From positions 94,731-158,730 of the forward strand of contig JBBIRS010000005.1 in assembly GCA_037441675.1 (NCBI GenBank): a stretch of DNA of 64,000 bases, given 5' to 3'. The notes under the pieces are model-generated. The model had not been told where the DNA came from. It searched no databases and saw only the letters and a list, made by a program, of their open reading frames with translations. Each line of letters opens with the position of its first letter. Positions within the stretch are counted from its first letter, which is position 1. Below, piece after piece: positions 58,638 to 64,000 of this stretch. Source of the stretch: Planctomycetales bacterium (lineage in GTDB: Bacteria > 4484-113). The position numbers and the translations under genes are program-made.

Positions 58638-59543
58638 TTGGAAGAAGCGATTTTTGGTCGGTTAGTTACAGCGGTGGTTACTCCCTTTACAAGTGACGGG
58701 AAGATTGACTTTCCCGCTGTTGAATCGCTCATTTATCACCTTGTGAATTCTGGAACAGAGGCAATAGTTATTGCTGGAACAACTGGTGAGGGAGCGACTC
58801 TTTCCTATGAGGAGAAGGTGGAGCTTTTTAAGTTTTACCGCGACAAGACTCCTCAGGGTATAAAGCTAATTGCCAATACGGGTACCAACGATACATCTTA
58901 CTCAGTGAAGTTAACCGAGGAAGCTGAGACTTTGGGGATGGATGGTATTATGGCTGTTTACCCCTACTACAATAAGCCTAATGCTGAAGGGCAAGTTAGG
59001 CACTTCCGAACAATTGCTCAGGCAACAAAGCTTCCAATTATGCTTTACAACGTCCCCTCGAGAACCGGTGGTGGTATGACATTAGAGGCGATAATCAACC
59101 TTTCACAAGTTACGAATATTCGCGCTATTAAGGAGGCGAGCGGGAATCTTGAATTCGTATCTTCCATCATTAAATACTCAAATGGCAATCTTCAGCTCTA
59201 CTCGGGTGACGATAGTCTCACCCTGCCAATACTCGCAGTTGGTGGTGTGGGGGTTGTGAGCGTGGCGTCGCACCTTGTAGGCGATAAAATTCGGAAAATG
59301 ATATCTCTTTTCTTTTCAGGTAAGGTTGATGAAGCGAGAGCTATTCACCACGAACTGCTTGGTATTTACAAAGTATTGTTCTTGACCACGAACCCAATTC
59401 CAGTGAAAACTGCACTTTCACTGCTTGGAATGATGAGCGAGAACTTTAGGCTTCCACTCACGCCAGCGTCATCTGAACTTAAAAAGGAGTTAATCTCTAT
59501 AATGAGTATGTACGACCTCTTTCCGGGTATCCCTCAGGCGTAA
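58638..59543 (+). CDS. dapA: 4-hydroxy-tetrahydrodipicolinate synthase
   Basis: GTTGE, PYYNKP, YNVPSRT, IKEASG, NPIPVK. Confidence 0.96.
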   Translation: MEEAIFGRLVTAVVTPFTSDGKIDFPAVESLIYHLVNSGTEAIVIAGTTGEGATLSYEEKVELFKFYRDKTPQGIKLIANTGTNDTSYSVKLTEEAETLGMDGIMAVYPYYNKPNAEGQVRHFRTIAQATKLPIMLYNVPSRTGGGMTLEAIINLSQVTNIRAIKEASGNLEFVSSIIKYSNGNLQLYSGDDSLTLPILAVGGVGVVSVASHLVGDKIRKMISLFFSGKVDEARAIHHELLGIYKVLFLTTNPIPVKTALSLLGMMSENFRLPLTPASSELKKELISIMSMYDLFPGIPQA

Positions 59544-59571
59544 GGATGTTAGTATGTGAGGTGAATTTGTT

Positions 59572-60144
59572 TTGTCAATGTATGGAGAACTAATTGAAGA
59601 ACTTGCAGAAGCAATAAGGATTTGTAGGAAATGCCCCCTTGGGGAATTGAGAAAGAATGCAGTTCCTGGGGAGGGAAGTGTTCGGGCAAAGGTAATGTTC
59701 GTTGGGGAAGCACCAGGTGAGGAGGAGGACAATCAAGGAAGACCCTTCGTAGGTAGAGCAGGACAACTTCTTAGGCAACTAATAGCGCACATTCAGCTTG
59801 AGGAGGGTGAATACTATATTGGCAACGTTTTGAAGTGTAGGCCTCCGGAGAATAGAAATCCATTGCCCCTTGAGATTGAGGCATGCAAGCCTTATCTTTT
59901 TTCTCAAATAGCACTTATAAAGCCATTGCTAATAGTGCCCTTGGGAAATTTTGGACTTCAGGTTCTCGTAGGTCCTAAGTTGACGATAGCACGGGCGCGT
60001 GGCAAACTGTTCTCCAAAGATGGAATGCATTTCTTTCCAACCTATCATCCAGCTGCGGTTCTGCGTGGTAGCGCTCGTTTGAGGCAAACGCTTGTAGAGG
60101 ATTTTGAGGAGATTCCGAAATTACTAATTGAGCTTGGCATATGA
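59572..60144 (+). CDS. Uracil-DNA glycosylase family 4
   Basis: CRKC, GEAPG, PFVG, KCRPPENR, HPAA. Confidence 0.95.
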   Translation: MSMYGELIEELAEAIRICRKCPLGELRKNAVPGEGSVRAKVMFVGEAPGEEEDNQGRPFVGRAGQLLRQLIAHIQLEEGEYYIGNVLKCRPPENRNPLPLEIEACKPYLFSQIALIKPLLIVPLGNFGLQVLVGPKLTIARARGKLFSKDGMHFFPTYHPAAVLRGSARLRQTLVEDFEEIPKLLIELGI

Positions 60145-60869
60145 TAACCACAATTCTTTTTGATCTCGGCGGGACACTATGGGACGATTACCCATCCGTG
60201 CTCGCCTCATGGGATGATATTAGGATTGAGTTAACTGAGGTTGGCATTACTTACACTGATAAGGGTTTCAGAGACCTTGTTGAGTTCTGCATAAATGCAT
60301 ACTCTCCAAGCCTCACGCGCGCCATCATATGGCAAGCGGTGAAAGGTGATTACAAGCTGTATCAAAAGATTTTAAGAAAGGTTATTGCTAAACTCAAGAA
60401 GCGGATGCGTGAGGAGTTTTTCAAATACAACAAGCTTTACGCTGGAGTTATCCCTCTACTTGATGAGCTAAAAGGGAGGTATCTGCTTGGAGTTGCTAGC
60501 AACAACTTATCCGAGGCGCGAGAGTGGTTAGATAACTTTGCTCTTTCGGATTACTTTGCGAGCATCACATTATCCGAGGAAGTCTGGCTTTTTAAGCCTG
60601 ATACTCGTTTTTATCTATACATATTGGATAAGCTCGGCGCAAAAGCTGAGGAAACGATGATGGTTGGCGATAGGCTTGATAATGATATATTTCCAGCGAA
60701 CCGACTTGGGATGACTACGGTAAGAGTAGTAAGCGAGCCGTTCCGCATCCAAAAGCCTCGTTATCACGCGGATGAACCGGACTTTACGATAAAAAACGTC
60801 TCCATGCTTCCGCAGGTGCTAAAACTCCTAAATGCAGGACTGAGTCCTAAAACTGCTTTGATTGACTAA
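60141..60869 (+). CDS. HAD-family hydrolase
   Basis: FDLGGTL, SN, KPD, VGDRLDND. Confidence 0.92.
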   Translation: MITTILFDLGGTLWDDYPSVLASWDDIRIELTEVGITYTDKGFRDLVEFCINAYSPSLTRAIIWQAVKGDYKLYQKILRKVIAKLKKRMREEFFKYNKLYAGVIPLLDELKGRYLLGVASNNLSEAREWLDNFALSDYFASITLSEEVWLFKPDTRFYLYILDKLGAKAEETMMVGDRLDNDIFPANRLGMTTVRVVSEPFRIQKPRYHADEPDFTIKNVSMLPQVLKLLNAGLSPKTALID

Positions 60870-60969
60870 GCTTTGGAGATTATCCCTTTCCGATTCAGGT
60901 TAAATTCAATTTGCCATCCAATTTCACGGGCATTATATGCGAGCTGAAATCATTTGTATAATGAGCATT

Positions 60970-62412
60970 GTGGAAGAAATTAGGTTTGGGACCGACGGTT
61001 GGCGTGGGATTATTGGTTTTGATCTAACCTTCAATAAACTTATTGCAATCTCTGAAGCCATAAGACTTTTTCTTTGCGAAAACAAGCTCGATGGAAAACC
61101 CATCGTCCTTTCTCACGATACGAGGTTTCTTGCTCCTGAGTTTTGCGCGCAGATCGCTAACTATCTATCTTCGAAGGGCTGTGAAGTTTGCCTCTTGGAA
61201 GGATATACACCTACACCGGTTACAGCTTTTGCGGTTTTGCACTTAAAGGCAAGCGGGGCAATAGCTTTGACCGCTTCACACAATCCTTACTACTATCTCG
61301 GAGTAAAATTCATTCCTCATTTTGGTGGTCCTGCGGAATCAGATACCACTGGTAGAATCTCGGAAATTGTCAATTCTCTTCTTATGGAAAACTTTACTGC
61401 GCCAGAACTTCCCGATGTATATAAGGGTAAGCGACTCAACCTCAAAGAAGAGTACTTCAATCAACTGGAAAAGCTCGTAAATGGCGCTATCATTAAATCC
61501 CTTCACGCGCGGGTTCTATACTCGCCATTTTATGGCTGCGGGCAGGGATACGTTTCTGGTTTCTTAAATCGCTTTGGTGTCGAGGTCCGAAGGCTTCATC
61601 TGGGGAGGGATGTGCAATTTGGCGGATTTCTACCTGATCCTTCTCCGAAGAATATGAAGCTTCTACTGCCCTTTCTCCGTGAAGAGGGGCTAGAGCTAGG
61701 CGTGGCGACTGACGGCGATGCAGACCGTTTCGCAATCATAACGCAAGAAGGGCAGTACTTTAGCGTCAATCAAATTCTCCCTCTCCTTGCTGATTTTCTC
61801 ATCACCACTAGACGGGCAGAGGGAAGTTTAGCAAGGACAATCGTTACTAGCCATCTCTTGGATGATGTGGCTAAGGAGCATCATGTAGAACTATTGGAGA
61901 CTCCAGTTGGTTTCAAGTATGTGGGTAAATGCCTAAGAGAAGGGGCATTGATCGGGGGAGAAGAGAGTGGCGGAATGTCTATAAAGGGTCACGTTCCAGA
62001 AAAAGACGGCATCCTCTCGATACTACTTACGCTTGAAATGATTGCTACCAGTGGTATGAAATTGCTTGAGCTATATGAAAATCTTACAAGGAGGAGTAAT
62101 CACTACCATTATGAGCGAATTGATATAAGGTTAACTGAGGAAGAAGCTAACAATCTACTTCATAAAGTTGAAGGATTTTCCGAAGGGAGTTCAGCCTTTG
62201 GTGAAAGAATCTCGTCGGTGAACTCTATTGACGGGTATAAAATCTTACTTGCTTCAGGGTCTTGGGTTGTCTTCAGAAAAAGTGGTACTGAGAACGTGGT
62301 TAGAGTTTACTTTGAAGCGAAGAATGAAGCTTCCTTTAAGCGCTTAAAAAATGAACTTAAACGATTCTTAAAAGAGAGTGTTCCAGGTAAAGGAGCGCAT
62401 AATTTTTATTAA
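60970..62412 (+). CDS. Phosphoglucomutase/phosphomannomutase family protein
   Basis: FGTDGWRG, TASHNP, DGDADR, GGEESGG, RKSGTE; start likely GTG 60970 or ATG 60961. Confidence 0.95.
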   Translation: MEEIRFGTDGWRGIIGFDLTFNKLIAISEAIRLFLCENKLDGKPIVLSHDTRFLAPEFCAQIANYLSSKGCEVCLLEGYTPTPVTAFAVLHLKASGAIALTASHNPYYYLGVKFIPHFGGPAESDTTGRISEIVNSLLMENFTAPELPDVYKGKRLNLKEEYFNQLEKLVNGAIIKSLHARVLYSPFYGCGQGYVSGFLNRFGVEVRRLHLGRDVQFGGFLPDPSPKNMKLLLPFLREEGLELGVATDGDADRFAIITQEGQYFSVNQILPLLADFLITTRRAEGSLARTIVTSHLLDDVAKEHHVELLETPVGFKYVGKCLREGALIGGEESGGMSIKGHVPEKDGILSILLTLEMIATSGMKLLELYENLTRRSNHYHYERIDIRLTEEEANNLLHKVEGFSEGSSAFGERISSVNSIDGYKILLASGSWVVFRKSGTENVVRVYFEAKNEASFKRLKNELKRFLKESVPGKGAHNFY

Positions 62413-62430
62413 ATAGATCATCCGCTTCAA

Positions 62431-63534
62431 ATGTTGCAAGAATCATCAATAGAGGTAAGTGTAATTCCTGAGGCGAAACCACTTGTGGAGGTGAAGGGTC
62501 TTGCTGTTGAGATTGACACGGGTGAAAAACGCATATACGCGGTAAATGGCGTCAGCTTTAATGTCTACAAAGGAGAGGTTGTAGCACTAGTTGGTGAAAG
62601 TGGATGCGGGAAGAGCTTAACCGCATTGTCCATATTGGGGCTAACGCGTGAAATTCCTGGGGCAAGAGTGATGGGTAACATCTATTTCCGAAAGCCTAAT
62701 GACACAAGTCCATGTCTAACTCTAGGCGAGAGGAAAAATATTAAGAAATCGCCCCGTAATTCTAACAATAGTGAATATAATGAGTTATATAGCGAAGTTG
62801 ATATCCTTTCCGCTCCTTTGTCAAGCGTTCATAAACTTCGTGGTAGCGAGATAAGTATAATCTTTCAAGACCCGGTTTCTTCGCTGAATCCTGTAATTAC
62901 CATTGGCAAACAGCTCATAGAACCGCTAGTTTTACATAGACGTATGACTAAGAGGGATGCTCGTGAGGAAGCCATTCGTCTTCTGAGGGTTGTAGGAATT
63001 GAAGAACCTCTTTACCGCTTCAACCAATATCCCTACCAACTTTCCGGTGGAATGTGTCAGAGAGTAATGATTGCGATGGCTCTTGCTGGAAATCCTTCTC
63101 TCATAATTGGCGATGAGCCAACTACCGCTTTGGATGTGACAATTCAGGCTCAAATCCTTGACCTCTTAATGAAAGTGTCAACAGACTTTCGGACTGCGGT
63201 ATTACTCATAACGCACAATCTAGCAATTGTTGCTGGAACTGCAAAGCGAGTCATTGTTATGTATGCTGGGAAAATTGTTGAGGAAACGGGTAGCGTGGAA
63301 TTCTTCCAAGAACCACACCATCCATACTCACGGGCTCTCCTTCAAAGCCTTCCCAGGATTGATAAAAAGAGCGACCTTATTTCAATTCCGGGTCAGCCTC
63401 CAGATGGAAGTGAGCCGGTGAGGTTTTGTCCCTACGCCCCTCGCTGCGAACGAGCAAAAGATATCTGCTGGCAGAAAATGCCAGAACTGGAAAAGGTTGG
63501 TGAATCTTTAACTGCCTGCTTCTTTCCCTACTAA
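62431..63534 (+). CDS. Oligopeptide/dipeptide ABC transporter ATP-binding protein (OppD-like)
   Basis: GESGCGKS, LSGGMCQR, DEPTTALD, HPYS, CPYAPRC...C...C. Confidence 0.94.
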   Translation: MLQESSIEVSVIPEAKPLVEVKGLAVEIDTGEKRIYAVNGVSFNVYKGEVVALVGESGCGKSLTALSILGLTREIPGARVMGNIYFRKPNDTSPCLTLGERKNIKKSPRNSNNSEYNELYSEVDILSAPLSSVHKLRGSEISIIFQDPVSSLNPVITIGKQLIEPLVLHRRMTKRDAREEAIRLLRVVGIEEPLYRFNQYPYQLSGGMCQRVMIAMALAGNPSLIIGDEPTTALDVTIQAQILDLLMKVSTDFRTAVLLITHNLAIVAGTAKRVIVMYAGKIVEETGSVEFFQEPHHPYSRALLQSLPRIDKKSDLISIPGQPPDGSEPVRFCPYAPRCERAKDICWQKMPELEKVGESLTACFFPY

Positions 63535-63793
63535 GTCCGCCTTCTCTAATGGAAACGTCAGCATCAAGGCGGAAGTTCAAGATTCTTGGATTTATCAAAA
63601 TCTATGCTTTCTTCTACTTAATGCTCGCTATTTATCACTAAAAGTATCAGTTCTCTTCTAAAGCAAGATGAAACCCCACCAATAAATAATGCTCCCCAAG
63701 CTAGTTAAAACATAGAACCTTCAGGGCGTTGTTTGAGTTTCCTCCGACAAGAAGGACTCTAAAGGAATCAAGCATAGACGAACAAGACGGTCT

Positions 63794-64000
63794 CGCAATC
63801 CGCTCTTTCTCGCCTAGGGGTGGCAGAGGGCTTTATCAAATGGGGATTGCTCCTGTGAGTCGGAGCTAGCACGTAAGCTCTGGGTCTACCGTGCTCGTGT
63901 GACCCAGGTGTTGCGGATACTCAACCTCGCCCCGGAAGCGCTGAATGCCATCGCCGGCCTTGGCGATCCCCTTCCCTCGCCCATCGTAACCGAAAGGCGG
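63794..64000 (+). pseudogene. ParB-like HTH remnant of the kind found at edges of integrative elements; internal TAG; runs off window
   Basis: RNPLFLA*GWQRALSNGDCSCESELARKLWVYRARVTQVLRILNLAPEALNAIAGLGDPLPSPIVTERR; visibly higher GC than flanking DNA. Confidence 0.65.

Noticed and set aside
1..64000. Genome-wide UGA reassignment (code 4 or 25) as explanation for the in-frame UGA
   Set aside because: Many complete genes end properly at TGA (e.g. 11229, 13926, 22200, 42741) and Trp is encoded by TGG
1..64000. CRISPR array, rRNA, intact transposase or integrase
   Set aside because: No regularly spaced direct repeats, rRNA-like sequence or recombinase motifs were seen

Overview
Bacterial chromosomal window, translation table 11. 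It appears to come from a diderm organism with Terrabacteria-like gene content (short-POTRA BamA, LpxD and TolC alongside DivIVA, YtxH and cyanobacterial-type ThiE). Most of it is housekeeping: outer membrane biogenesis, a four-subunit 2-oxoacid:ferredoxin oxidoreductase, rpsB-tsf, tig-clpP, tsaEB, der, mtaB, dapA, pruA and five tRNAs without encoded CCA. Highlights: (1) the oxidoreductase beta subunit has an in-frame UGA exactly at the conserved C-terminal Fe-S-ligand Cys, with the frame continuing to the next gene (candidate selenoprotein); (2) an intact 751-aa CHC2 zinc finger / AEP-like / DnaB-like fusion between two tRNAs in which the catalytic residues appear systematically substituted (candidate pseudo-primase-helicase); (3) a decayed DCD-domain / AAA-ATPase fusion at the 3' end of tRNA-Val; (4) two candidate promoter-hairpin-terminator sRNAs with anti-Shine-Dalgarno-like loops; (5) a decaying metal-homeostasis patch; (6) many genes that look leaderless; (7) a secreted 5'-nucleotidase-like protein lacking most metal ligands. 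All family calls come from motif recognition by eye; no database search was run.
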